DNA from: Minisyncoccota bacterium | GTDB taxonomy: Bacteria; Patescibacteriota; Minisyncoccia; Phycocordibacterales; Phycocordibacteraceae | Direction: 5' to 3' | Length of the DNA: 64,000 bases | Assembly (NCBI GenBank): GCA_041666305.1 | Contig: JBAYHD010000003.1 | Location: 30,266-94,265, forward strand | Part shown: positions 28,458 through 37,501 of the stretch, one piece after another | How the letters are laid out: every line of letters starts with the position of its first letter | Position numbering within the stretch: position 1 is the stretch's first letter | Made by a program: the position numbers and the translations under genes | The notes under the pieces: generated by a model | What the model was told of the DNA's origin: nothing | The model's database searches: none | What the model saw: the letters and a program-made list of their open reading frames with translations, nothing else

Positions 28458-28967
28458 ATGAAAACATCTATGGTCGTTTGGGCGGTCGTCGGGATTGTTA
28501 TTGCAGTTGGGGCGTGGTACTGGATGAACGCGAGAACGCCGGCGGCTCCGACGTATATCATCAATGGCCAATCGGTGACGCTCATAAACGGCCGCGCAGA
28601 AACTCCCGCCGCGCCCGGTTCGGCGTCAAAAGTGGTGACCCAATACTTCGGCAACGTCGCGACCGGAGACCTGAGCGGCGATGGCGCGCCCGATGTTGCT
28701 TTTCTTGTCACGCAAAACAGCGGAGGGAGCGGAACCTTTTATTATGTCGTTGCAACGCTCGTGAATGCAGATGGCAGTTACCGAGGCACGAATGCGGTCC
28801 TGCTCGGAGACCGCATCGCTCCGCAAACGACCGAGATACGCAATGGAGAGATCATCGTCAATTACGCGGAGCGCAAAGCAGGCGAGCCGATGACTGCCAA
28901 GCCATCGGTTGGCGTGAGCAAGTATTTGAAAGTGATGGGAACTGTGCTTGCCGAAGTAAAACCGTAA
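28458..28967 (+). CDS. N-terminally membrane-anchored hypothetical protein
   Basis: MKTSMVVWAVVGIVIAVGAWYW TM then soluble beta-rich domain. Confidence 0.45.
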   Translation: MKTSMVVWAVVGIVIAVGAWYWMNARTPAAPTYIINGQSVTLINGRAETPAAPGSASKVVTQYFGNVATGDLSGDGAPDVAFLVTQNSGGSGTFYYVVATLVNADGSYRGTNAVLLGDRIAPQTTEIRNGEIIVNYAERKAGEPMTAKPSVGVSKYLKVMGTVLAEVKP

Positions 28968-28977
28968 ATAAATACAA

Positions 28978-29009
28978 AGGGCTGCAATTCGCTTCGCGAA
29001 TTGCAGCCC
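28978..29009. terminator. bidirectional terminator hairpin GGGCTGCAATTCGC-TTCG-GCGAATTGCAGCCC
   Basis: Perfect 14-bp stem between convergent genes, A/T run on left. Confidence 0.5.
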
Positions 29010-29028
29010 GGCCGCATACGGCCATTCT

Positions 29029-29433
29029 TCACACCTTCGTCCCTTTGGCGAGGCAGGGCAGTCCCGCCTTGTAGTCCTCCACATTCATCTTGAGAATGAA
29101 CGGCGTGTCCATCCTCCCATTCAGGATGATAACCATCGGAGTTTTCAGTTTCTTGTCTATTGAGACGACGACCCGGTCCATCGTGACAAAGGCCGAAGTC
29201 TCACGCGAATAACCGAGCATGCTCCTCTCGAAAATGAAGTGGACGATTTTTCCTTCGGTGGATTCGCCGGCGGCGAAATAATCGCCGCATGACTTCCAGT
29301 ACTCGTTGTTCTTCATCGCGTCCTTGATGCCCGTCGCAAGTGAGACGATCCGATGCGTTTCTTCGGCGCTTTCCGCCGAACTCGGCATCAAGACGACGAA
29401 CCACAACAGCAAACCGAGAACGAAGTATCTCAT
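29029..29433 (-). CDS. secreted hypothetical protein
   Basis: Signal peptide MRYFVLGLLLWFVVLMPSSAESA. Confidence 0.45.
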   Translation of the reverse strand: MRYFVLGLLLWFVVLMPSSAESAEETHRIVSLATGIKDAMKNNEYWKSCGDYFAAGESTEGKIVHFIFERSMLGYSRETSAFVTMDRVVVSIDKKLKTPMVIILNGRMDTPFILKMNVEDYKAGLPCLAKGTKV

Positions 29434-29747
29434 GGTCCCTCCCTTTGGTTGGTCACGGTTACGGTCCCTTTCTTCAACGCGCTTGCGAGAGTCGGCTTCT
29501 TCTTATCCAAGAACGGCCATTTCCTCACCGGTCCGTGCCGGCCCTCTCGGTACCACACCTTGAAAACCAGCTGGCCCGACCTCCGATTCTTTTTCAATTC
29601 CGTGATGAACCGATAGTCGCACAGCCAGAGCGGACGCTTCACGCCGTCGATACAAAGCACGGGTTTTGCGTTCTCCGCCGGCAATTCACCTGCGATGACT
29701 TCGTTAGTGTGGCCGGTAGCTTCCACATACCAGATCTTGTTCGACAT
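29430..29747 (-). CDS. hypothetical protein (translationally coupled to downstream secreted protein, ATGA overlap)
   Basis: 105 aa, basic, no motif. Confidence 0.4.
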   Translation of the reverse strand: MSNKIWYVEATGHTNEVIAGELPAENAKPVLCIDGVKRPLWLCDYRFITELKKNRRSGQLVFKVWYREGRHGPVRKWPFLDKKKPTLASALKKGTVTVTNQREGP

Positions 29748-29891
29748 TCGGCACCTCCTTCGGGTTGGTCAATTTTGTTCCAAATGCACTATATCCTCTG
29801 TGCACCTTTTGTCAAATAATTCAGGCAGATTGAACCCGGGAAGAGCGGGTATATACTTATTGGCATTGGCAATAACCAATTCCCAATACGT

Positions 29892-31025
29892 ATGAAAAAG
29901 ACTTTTTGGTATGGTGCGGTCGCTGTGGCGCTCATTGCTCCACTAGCCACATTCGCGGCGGAGTTTCGCATGAGCGAACAGCCGGCCGTGCTTGCAAGCG
30001 AGAACGTCGCCGGCGACATATACCTTTTCGGTAGCAGTGCAACAAGCGCAGGACCTGTCTCGGGCGATGTTATCGCGGGTGGCGGCAACGTTGTCATCAG
30101 CGGCACTGTCGGTGCAGATGTGATGGCCGGCGGCGGTAATGTCACGATACTTTCCAATGTTGGTGACGACGTACGAGCCGGCGGCGGCAATGTCGTCATA
30201 CTGGGTAAGGTGGGCGGTGACGTCATCGTTGGGGGCGGTCAGGTAAACGTCGGCGGACCTGGTGTGGGCGGAGATGTGGTGGCGGGCGCAGGCACCGTCC
30301 GCATCGATGCTCCGGTTGCGGGCAATTTGAAGATTGGTGGCGGAAATATCTACATCAACGCACCGATCACAGGCACCGTCACCATCACAGATGCGGACAA
30401 AGTGACGCTCGGTCCCTCGGCGGTCATTTACGGAAATCTGTCCTACAAGGCGAGTAAGGAGCTCATCAAAGAGAATGGGGCGGATGTGCGCGGGGAAGTG
30501 AAGTACACGCCGCGCGCGGAAAGGAAGGCAGTGCCGGCGGCGCTCATTGCTGGACTCATCTCAGCATGGATCCTCGGCAAGTTCTTCGTTGTGCTTGTGA
30601 GCGCGCTCATCATCGGTCTCTTACTTCGCCGGTACAGCATGGAAGTCGTTACGCGAGCAACGGCGCGCCCGCTTGCTGAGCTTGGGCGCGGACTGCTCGC
30701 TCTTATTGCGCTTCCTATCGTGTCCATCATATTGCTGGTGACCATACTCGGCATACCGTTCGGAATCCTTGGCATCATCAGCTTCATCGCGCTTATGGTG
30801 CTCACGTGTGTCGTCGCGCCCATCATCGTTGGGAGCGTTGTGTGGAAATATTTCTCGAACGGGGACACGGAGATCACGTGGAAGACTATTCTGATCGGCG
30901 TGTTCGTCTTCCAGATCCTGGGATTCGTGCCGTTTGTCGGGTGGCTTGTGCAGGCGGTCGTCGGCCTCATCGCAGCCGGTGTCATAGTATCCATTAAGTG
31001 GGAAGTGATTCAGTCGTGGAAGTAG
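29892..31025 (+). CDS. signal peptide + bactofilin-like (polymer-forming cytoskeletal, beta-helical GDV/GGGNV repeats) domain + C-terminal 4-5 TM domain
   Basis: Repeats SGDVIAGGGNVVISGTVGADVMAGGGNVTILSNVGDDVRAGGGNVVILGKVGGDVIVGGG... typical of bactofilin/CcmA beta-helix; hydrophobic C-terminal third. Confidence 0.45.
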   Translation: MKKTFWYGAVAVALIAPLATFAAEFRMSEQPAVLASENVAGDIYLFGSSATSAGPVSGDVIAGGGNVVISGTVGADVMAGGGNVTILSNVGDDVRAGGGNVVILGKVGGDVIVGGGQVNVGGPGVGGDVVAGAGTVRIDAPVAGNLKIGGGNIYINAPITGTVTITDADKVTLGPSAVIYGNLSYKASKELIKENGADVRGEVKYTPRAERKAVPAALIAGLISAWILGKFFVVLVSALIIGLLLRRYSMEVVTRATARPLAELGRGLLALIALPIVSIILLVTILGIPFGILGIISFIALMVLTCVVAPIIVGSVVWKYFSNGDTEITWKTILIGVFVFQILGFVPFVGWLVQAVVGLIAAGVIVSIKWEVIQSWK

Positions 31026-31086
31026 GGAGATACCATGTTGAAAAACGCCGCGGAGTACCGCGGCGTTTTTGGTGTAAAATAAAGGG

Positions 31087-31329
31087 ATGGAACAAGAAAT
31101 AAAAAATGAGAGTTGCGGAAATTGCGAAGGGAAGTGCGGGGGGAAATGGAAGAAAATGAAATGCGGCGGCGGCTCCACCGGAGCTGTGTACGGCATGGGT
31201 GTCATCGGCGCGGCGGTGTATTACATCCAAGGCGCGCCGACTTTCTGGGTCGGCGTTGTCGGTGTGCTTAAAGCCCTCTTCTGGCCCGCGTTCGTCGTCT
31301 ACAACCTCCTCGGCTTCCTGAAGATGTAG
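31087..31329 (+). CDS. small Cys/Gly-rich membrane protein, hypothetical
   Basis: CGNCEGKCGGKWKKMKCGGG followed by two TM helices. Confidence 0.35.
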   Translation: MEQEIKNESCGNCEGKCGGKWKKMKCGGGSTGAVYGMGVIGAAVYYIQGAPTFWVGVVGVLKALFWPAFVVYNLLGFLKM

Positions 31330-31350
31330 GATTCGTGGTAGCATTGGGGC

Positions 31351-31533
31351 ATGATTGTATGGATTAAATCGCTTTTCTCGCATATGACTAGCCCGGGGCA
31401 ATCGGGTGTCTTGGACGTGACAAAGACTCAGCTCCGTGAGCATCGCGATGTGATCGAGTCGCTCCGCGACTATGACAAAGGAGAAAAGGACATTCACACC
31501 GCTGACCTCGAGCGACGTCTGCGCAACATATAA
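31351..31533 (+). CDS. small ORF upstream of and overlapping doc; candidate antitoxin
   Basis: 60 aa, position only; weak helical similarity to Phd-like antitoxins. Confidence 0.2.
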   Translation: MIVWIKSLFSHMTSPGQSGVLDVTKTQLREHRDVIESLRDYDKGEKDIHTADLERRLRNI

Positions 31534-31894
31534 CCTGCTCTACTCGCAGGGCCTCGTTGCTTTTCCCCTCACTCGCGAGGCCTCCAATAGGGTAGAGACG
31601 ATCGTTGCCAATATCGTTACCCCGCATTTTGGTCATGAGGAATATTCCTCAATTGAGGAGAAATCAGTCGCGTATCTTTATTTTCTTATCAACGACCACC
31701 CGTTCACTGACGGCAATAAGCGCACGGCGGTGCTCTGTTTCCTCACACTTTGTAAACTTAATGGACTAGAACCGCAGTTTGGGGACTTCACTCTCGATCA
31801 GCTTGCAGTGACACTTGAAAAGATTAATGCTGATTATCAGCACGTCATACGGCTGGTGGTTGAGCTCCTATTTAATAAGAATCAACCTCGCTAA
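31472..31894 (+). CDS. doc: Doc (death-on-curing) toxin, Fic/Doc family kinase
   Basis: Doc active-site motif HPFTDGNKRTAV (HxFx(D/N)GNKR); size ~125-140 aa. Confidence 0.6.
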   Translation: MTKEKRTFTPLTSSDVCATYNLLYSQGLVAFPLTREASNRVETIVANIVTPHFGHEEYSSIEEKSVAYLYFLINDHPFTDGNKRTAVLCFLTLCKLNGLEPQFGDFTLDQLAVTLEKINADYQHVIRLVVELLFNKNQPR

Positions 31895-31899
31895 GAAAC

Positions 31900-32244
31900 T
31901 TGCGGGCGGAGCGATGGGTTGAAAGGAGTATGAGCAAAAATCCATTCGTAAATGCGCTCGTCGCGTCGGGGTATATCAGCCTTCTCGTGACGCTCATCTT
32001 CAACTCGCCCAAGCTCGTCACCGACAACGAGCTCGGGATGATGGCGCCCGTGCTCTTTCTCTCACTCTTCGTCTTCTCGGCGGCACTGATGGGCTTCATC
32101 TTTCTCTACCAGCCGCTCCAGCTCCTGGTGGAGGGCAAAAAAGAGGAGGCGACGAAGCTCTTCCTCACGACCCTCGCCTCGTTCGCCAGCATCACTTTCG
32201 CGATAGTTTCCGCGTGGTTTCTCCTTCGCACGGTGCTTTCGTAG
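31900..32244 (+). CDS. 3-TM membrane protein, hypothetical
   Basis: 114 aa; three hydrophobic helices. Confidence 0.4.
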   Translation: MRAERWVERSMSKNPFVNALVASGYISLLVTLIFNSPKLVTDNELGMMAPVLFLSLFVFSAALMGFIFLYQPLQLLVEGKKEEATKLFLTTLASFASITFAIVSAWFLLRTVLS

Positions 32245-32272
32245 AGTGATATACTGCGCTCATTAGCAGACT

Positions 32273-32560
32273 ATGAATACGCATATGAAAAAAATACTTA
32301 TGGGTGTAGCAGCAACGGCACTGTTCGCGGCTTCAGCAGTTCCGGCACTTGCGGCGGGGAACATAGACGCGTACATGAATAATCCGGGCCGAATTCAGGC
32401 AACGGTAGTAGGCGCACAGTGCGGTTCGGGCGCGGGCTCGGGTGCCTTTGGCTACTTCGGCAAGGGCTACAATATGGGCATCAAGACGGACCCGGCTAAT
32501 CCGGGAGCGAACGGCTACCAGACCGGCATCAATAATAGCGGCGTGTGCGGCAATCGTTAG
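32273..32560 (+). CDS. small secreted Gly-rich protein with two Cys (bacteriocin-like composition), hypothetical
   Basis: Signal peptide MNTHMKKILMGVAATALFAASAVPALA; mature ~65 aa GAGSGAFGYFGKGYNMG...; strong terminator follows. Confidence 0.45.
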   Translation: MNTHMKKILMGVAATALFAASAVPALAAGNIDAYMNNPGRIQATVVGAQCGSGAGSGAFGYFGKGYNMGIKTDPANPGANGYQTGINNSGVCGNR

Positions 32561-32579
32561 GATCGTTCGTGTGAAGCAG

Positions 32580-32614
32580 AAAAAGCGCCGCGGTAACCCG
32601 CGGCGCTTTTTTTG
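32580..32614 (+). terminator. rho-independent terminator AAAAAGCGCCGCGG-TAAC-CCGCGGCGCTTTTTTT
   Basis: Perfect stem with A-run and T-run (bidirectional capable). Confidence 0.6.
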
Positions 32615-32627
32615 CTATACTTCCCCT

Positions 32628-33665
32628 ATGACACACATGCAGACGATCCGACCGTACTTCCTGATGGCCGCTATTCTCGGCGCAGGGGTACTCACCATCA
32701 CCGTCTTCTTCCCGTTCTTGAAACCCTTGGCGCTCGCTGCGGTCTTCGCGGTCGTGCTCCAAGGGCTCTACCAGAGAATCGTCAGGCTCCTCGGCGGTTG
32801 GCCGAGCACCTCGGCACTCCTGACCGTCTTGATAAGCGTCTTTTTCATATTGCTTCCGCTTTCTCTTATTGGGGTGCTCGTCGGGAACGAAGCGCGCGGC
32901 CTGTATGTCTCGCTTGAAACGGGCAGCGGACAGGGCATCATCGCACAAACATTTCTTCGAGTGGATGAAACCTTCGGGGGCGTTCCGGGGATCGGAGAGT
33001 TCACTCGCAATGCTTCGGTAGACATCAATACTTATACGAAAGAAGCGCTGCAGTGGATCACGAACCACGCGGGAGAGATATTCTCTAGCGTCTCCCAACT
33101 GCTTCTCGCGTTCTTCATCTTCTTCATTGCGCTCTATTACCTTCTGCGCGACGGCAAGCGGGTGCGCGAGATACTTATCGAGCTCTCGCCCTTGAGCGAT
33201 AGGGAAGACACGAGAGTTTTCGATCGGCTCGAGCTCGCCGTCAATTCGGTCATCAAGGGAAATCTTGTCATCGCGCTCGTGCAGGGCGTCCTCACGACCG
33301 TCGGCTTCACGATCTTCGGGGTACCAAACACCATCCTCTGGGGAATGGTTGCGGCGGTTGCGGCGCTTATCCCCGGTATCGGGACGGGGCTCGTCTTTAT
33401 TCCCGCCGTCGCATTTCTTTTTTTCACAGGAGCGACGTTCCCGGCGCTCGGTCTCCTCATCTGGGGCGCGCTCGGCGTCGGGCTCATCGACAATTTCCTC
33501 GGGCCCAAGCTTGTCGGGCGAGGGATGAATCTCCACCCGCTTCTGGTCCTCCTCGCGGTTCTTGGCGGGCTTATGTACTTCGGTCCGGCGGGCATCTTCC
33601 TCGGCCCACTGACATTGAGTCTCCTCTTCGCGCTGGTCTCCATCTACTCTGACGTTTCGGCTTGA
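32628..33665 (+). CDS. AI-2E family transporter (PerM/YhhT/UPF0118)
   Basis: 8 TM; C-terminal GALGVGLIDNFLGPKLVGRGMNLHPLLVLLAVLGG conserved block of AI-2E family; likely start ATG 32628 (same frame as ORF-track 32442). Confidence 0.75.
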   Translation: MTHMQTIRPYFLMAAILGAGVLTITVFFPFLKPLALAAVFAVVLQGLYQRIVRLLGGWPSTSALLTVLISVFFILLPLSLIGVLVGNEARGLYVSLETGSGQGIIAQTFLRVDETFGGVPGIGEFTRNASVDINTYTKEALQWITNHAGEIFSSVSQLLLAFFIFFIALYYLLRDGKRVREILIELSPLSDREDTRVFDRLELAVNSVIKGNLVIALVQGVLTTVGFTIFGVPNTILWGMVAAVAALIPGIGTGLVFIPAVAFLFFTGATFPALGLLIWGALGVGLIDNFLGPKLVGRGMNLHPLLVLLAVLGGLMYFGPAGIFLGPLTLSLLFALVSIYSDVSA

Positions 33666-33937
33666 CGCGCGGGCAGAAGGGAATACAATATAAGTGTAGA
33701 TTTCGGCACCGAAATTTACACAGCTCTTTCGGGAAATTGATCTTTGATTAATTTCCCAGTCTTGGCGCGGTTTACGAATCCAGGCCTTTGGCTACCAGAC
33801 TTTAAAGAACCGCCAGTTCTTTCCCCCAGACATATACGTCATCACTCCTCACCCATTTTCATCTCCTTCCTCCTCACCTCCGATGACCCCATGTCGCCCA
33901 AGCTTATGCTTGGGTTTTTTATTTCCACAATCAACAA

Positions 33938-33967
33938 CATTCTCACATTCTCAAGAATGTGAGAATG
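33938..33967. promoter_or_regulatory. 30-bp operator-like palindrome CATTCTCACATTCT-CA-AGAATGTGAGAATG upstream of arsR-family gene
   Basis: 14-bp perfect inverted arms with 2-bp spacer, 16 bp upstream of ATG 33983; identical copy at 34260-34289. Confidence 0.5.
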
Positions 33968-33982
33968 TTTTAGAATAGAGGG

Positions 33983-34249
33983 ATGAAGACGGCGAAACAA
34001 TTGGAGCGGCACCTGAAGGGAATCGCGAATCATCGGCGGATAGAGATCCTTCGGCAGATAGATAAGTCAGATGGAATCACGCTGGAAGATATTGCGGATA
34101 ATTTGAAGTGCAACATCAAGACGATATCGGAGCACACGCGACGGCTGGTGCAAGCGGGACTTGTCAATAAAAAGTATGAAGGGCGAAGCGTCGCCCACTC
34201 GCTTTCACCCTATGGTCGGCGAATCGTGAAATTTATCGACACATTTTAG
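33983..34249 (+). CDS. ArsR/SmtB-family HTH transcriptional regulator
   Basis: 88 aa; HRRIEILRQIDKSDGITLEDIADNLKCNIKTISEHTRRLVQAGLV winged HTH of ArsR type. Confidence 0.75.
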   Translation: MKTAKQLERHLKGIANHRRIEILRQIDKSDGITLEDIADNLKCNIKTISEHTRRLVQAGLVNKKYEGRSVAHSLSPYGRRIVKFIDTF

Positions 34250-34253
34250 TCAG

Positions 34254-34295
34254 CACGGACATTCTCACATTCTCAAGAATGTGAGAATGTCCGTG
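34254..34295. promoter_or_regulatory. second copy of the 30-bp palindrome, extended to 42 bp (CACGGA...TCCGTG); possible operator/terminator between arsR-like gene and tspO
   Basis: Identical core to 33938-33967. Confidence 0.5.
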
Positions 34296-34341
34296 CTTGG
34301 GGTACGGGGTACTGGGTTGGACGGGGTGGTAGAATTGGGGG

Positions 34342-34737
34342 ATGGATTCTTATACTTCATATCAGGCGCTCATCAAGCCCACTTGGTCGCCGCCGGCATG
34401 GATATTTGGACCGGTGTGGACGGTGCTGTACGCCGTCATCGCGGTGACCTACGGGACCGTGTTTTACAAAGTGTTTACGGGAGCACTGCCGTGGAAAGTC
34501 GCTGTACCGTTTGCCCTCAATCTCGTCTTCAATTTCTCTTTCACCTATTTCCAATTCGGACTCAAGAACAATTACCTCGCCTCCGTAGACATCCTCCTCA
34601 TCCTCGGCACGCTTGTCTGGGCGCTCGTCGCGATTTATCCGCACCTGAAATGGGTCGCCCTCGCCAACGTCCCGTACCTTCTCTGGGTCGCCTTCGCGAC
34701 CGTTCTCCAACTCACCGTCACGTATCTGAATCGGTAG
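34342..34737 (+). CDS. tspO: TspO/MBR (tryptophan-rich sensory protein) family membrane protein
   Basis: KPTWSPPAWIFGPVWTVLYAVIAV signature; 4-5 TM; 131 aa. Confidence 0.7.
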   Translation: MDSYTSYQALIKPTWSPPAWIFGPVWTVLYAVIAVTYGTVFYKVFTGALPWKVAVPFALNLVFNFSFTYFQFGLKNNYLASVDILLILGTLVWALVAIYPHLKWVALANVPYLLWVAFATVLQLTVTYLNR

Positions 34738-34789
34738 AGAAAATCGGCAGGGCAAGGGTTTTAGGGTTATACTGGGTTAAAAGGAATCC

Positions 34790-36601
34790 ATGCCAACGAT
34801 TAAAGAAATTCCAAAAGTAGACAGACCTCGAGAACGATTCTTAAAAAAAGGGTCAGCGGCTCTCTCCAAAAGTGATCTTCTGGCTATTTTGCTCGGGAGT
34901 GGAATTAAGGGGAAAAATGTTCAAAAACTTTCTCAACAAATCATTCAAAAATTCGGAAAGAATTTTCTAAACATCTCGGTAGACAATCTGCTAGAAATTT
35001 CAGGAATTGGTGAGGCTAAAGCACTTCAAATCGTATCAGCAATTTCGCTGGTTAAGAGATATTACGACGATGAGAAGTCTGGTGAGATTATAATAAAAAA
35101 TTCGAAGGATGTTCTTTCGGTTACATATGATTTAAGGGATAAAAAGAAAGAACATCTTGTCTGCTTATATCTTAATGCTCGAAACAATCTACTGAAAAAG
35201 GAGATCGTTAGTGTAGGTCTGCTGGACAAAACGCTTTTACATCCGCGAGAGATATTTTATCCAGCAACAGAATTAAGTGCCGCAAGTATTATTTTAGTTC
35301 ACAACCATCCTTCTGGAGATTCTTCGCCAAGCCCGCGTGATGCACAGGTGGTCGAAAAAATAGCTCGGGCGGGAGAAATTATGGGAATTCCTGTAATTGA
35401 CTTCGTTATAGTTTCAGAAACAGGCCATTTCAGTTTTTATGAAACCCTAAAGGATAAAAATATAGGTTTTGATTACGTCGCCGATGGCGTTCAAGGAACG
35501 TTGTTTGATTTGTTAGAAATAGAGAGGCCATCTTATGAAATTGATGCGGAGAAGATTCAGGAGACATATTTCTACATTCCTCAAATTAAAGAAAATCATT
35601 TTCAATTACAAAATCGCAGATACATCGGAGGCAAACAGAAACTTATTGACTGGATATTCTCGATTATTCAAAAAGAGTGCGAGGGAGAATCTTTTACAGA
35701 TATTTTCGCGGGAACCGGTATTGTTTCAGCTGTCGCGTCAAAACACTTTAAAAAGCTGATCTTAAATGATTTTTTACACTCCAATCACGCTATTTATCAA
35801 GCTTTCTTTTCTGCAGGCAAGTGGAACCAAAGCAAAATAACTAACATAATTAAAGATTACAATAATCTAAATGGAGAAGACTTAACTGGCAATTATTTTT
35901 CAGAAAATTTTGGTGGAAAGTATTTCAGCAAAAATTCAGCAAAAATCATAGGATTCATAAGAGAAAATATCAATGAAAATAAAGAAAATTTAACAGAAAG
36001 AGAATACTACATTCTCCTTGCTTCCTTACTCTACTCTACGGACAAGATAGCGAATACTGTGGGGCACTACGATGCATATTTCAAAAAAGATTCTCTTGAA
36101 GATGCTTTTTTCATGCGTCCAATTGATCCGATTGAAGTACAAAATGTTGCGATTTTTAGAGAGGATGCAAATGTACTCGCACGAAAAATCAAGACGGATA
36201 TTGTATACATTGATCCACCCTATAATTCCCGACAATACAGCAGGTTCTATCATGTTCTAGAAACATTAGTGAAGTGGGATAAACCCACCCTGCATGGCGT
36301 CGCTCTTAAACCGGAACCAGAAAATATGAGCGACTATTGTAGAGTCAGCGCGAAAGAAAGATTAGCGGATTTGGTTAACAATATTAACGCAAAGTATTTT
36401 GTTGTTTCATATAACAATACCTATGATTCAAAAAGCAATTCCTCTCAAAATAAAATTACCCTTCAGGATATAAAAGATATTTTAGGCAAAAAAGGAAATA
36501 CAAAAGTATTTGAAAAGAACCATCAGCATTTCAATGCTGGCAATACGGATTTCAACAATCATAAAGAGTACCTGTTTGTAACCAAATCAAGTTATGTCTA
36601 A
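34790..36601 (+). CDS. fusion: RadC-like JAB/MPN domain (with HhH) + D12-class N6-adenine DNA methyltransferase (T4Dam/EcoRV-like subgroup)
   Basis: N-half: LLAILLGSGIKG...LLEISGIGEAKALQI (HhH) and HNHPSGDSSPSPRD (RadC JAMM motif). C-half: RRYIGGKQKL, FxGxG (DIFAGTGIV), DPPYNSRQY catalytic motif. Low-GC. Confidence 0.7.
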   Translation: MPTIKEIPKVDRPRERFLKKGSAALSKSDLLAILLGSGIKGKNVQKLSQQIIQKFGKNFLNISVDNLLEISGIGEAKALQIVSAISLVKRYYDDEKSGEIIIKNSKDVLSVTYDLRDKKKEHLVCLYLNARNNLLKKEIVSVGLLDKTLLHPREIFYPATELSAASIILVHNHPSGDSSPSPRDAQVVEKIARAGEIMGIPVIDFVIVSETGHFSFYETLKDKNIGFDYVADGVQGTLFDLLEIERPSYEIDAEKIQETYFYIPQIKENHFQLQNRRYIGGKQKLIDWIFSIIQKECEGESFTDIFAGTGIVSAVASKHFKKLILNDFLHSNHAIYQAFFSAGKWNQSKITNIIKDYNNLNGEDLTGNYFSENFGGKYFSKNSAKIIGFIRENINENKENLTEREYYILLASLLYSTDKIANTVGHYDAYFKKDSLEDAFFMRPIDPIEVQNVAIFREDANVLARKIKTDIVYIDPPYNSRQYSRFYHVLETLVKWDKPTLHGVALKPEPENMSDYCRVSAKERLADLVNNINAKYFVVSYNNTYDSKSNSSQNKITLQDIKDILGKKGNTKVFEKNHQHFNAGNTDFNNHKEYLFVTKSSYV

Positions 36602-37499
36602 AGAAATTAAAAGGTCGCCGCTGTTCTATGTGGGAGATAAATATAGGCTGATGAAACAATTAGCTCTTTATTTTCCCGTCGAGATCAATAATTTCTATGA
36701 ACCGTTTGTAGGTGGAGGAACAGTATTTATGAATATCAAGGCAAAAAAATACTTTCTAAATGATTTGGATAAGCACCTCATTAAAATACATAAATTTCTT
36801 GTTGATTCCTCTAAAAACTCGGCTAAATTCTTACGGGATGCAGAAAAAATAATGCATAAATATAAACTGTCGCGGTCGTTCAAAGAAGACATTGTGCCAA
36901 ATTCACTCAAAAAAGAGTGGAAGAAAACCTACTTTGCGCGGTTTAATAAAGACGGGTATGAGAAAATGAGAACAGGAGTAAATAACTTTAAAGATAATGA
37001 CCCGCTGATTTTATACTTGCTCCTTATCTACGGATTTAATCGAATGTTGCGATTTAATGGTGGCGGACGGTTCAATCTTCCTGTGGGAAATGTTGATTTC
37101 AATAAAAATGTCGTGCGTGCACTGGATACTTATTTTGCATTTGTTGACAACAGGAAAATCAAATTCACATCAAAAGATTTCAGGAAGTTCATTACTGAAA
37201 AAAAATATGCAAAGAATGACTTTGTGTATCTTGACCCCCCTTATCTTATCGCAGCAAGCGAATACAATAAGTTTTGGGACGAGAAATCGGAATCCGATCT
37301 ATTGAAGTTAGTTGATAAACTAGACAAGCAAGGCGTGAGGTTCGCTCTTTCTAATGTAACTCACTACAACGGCAAAAAAAATGACCTATTGATAAAATGG
37401 ATGAAAAGGTACAAAGTACATAAGGTAAAAAGCAATTACATCAGTTATCACAATAATAGTAAAAAGGAGATTAATGAGGTTTTGATTACGAATTATTAA
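36594..37499 (+). CDS. D12-class N6-adenine DNA methyltransferase (E. coli Dam-like subgroup)
   Basis: EPFVGGGTVFMN (FxGxG), LLLIYGFNRMLRFNGGGRFNLPVG, VYLDPPY; overlaps upstream gene by 8 nt. Confidence 0.8.
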   Translation: MSKEIKRSPLFYVGDKYRLMKQLALYFPVEINNFYEPFVGGGTVFMNIKAKKYFLNDLDKHLIKIHKFLVDSSKNSAKFLRDAEKIMHKYKLSRSFKEDIVPNSLKKEWKKTYFARFNKDGYEKMRTGVNNFKDNDPLILYLLLIYGFNRMLRFNGGGRFNLPVGNVDFNKNVVRALDTYFAFVDNRKIKFTSKDFRKFITEKKYAKNDFVYLDPPYLIAASEYNKFWDEKSESDLLKLVDKLDKQGVRFALSNVTHYNGKKNDLLIKWMKRYKVHKVKSNYISYHNNSKKEINEVLITNY

Positions 37500-37501
37500 T
37501 T

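Noticed and set aside
32529-33536. 335-aa ORF antisense to the AI-2E transporter
   Set aside because: Low-complexity R/E/D-rich translation typical of antisense of a membrane protein gene.
34281-34820. 179-aa ORF overlapping tspO in another frame
   Set aside because: TspO frame carries the family signature (WSPPAWIFGPVW); the overlapping frame is Arg/Pro-rich nonsense.
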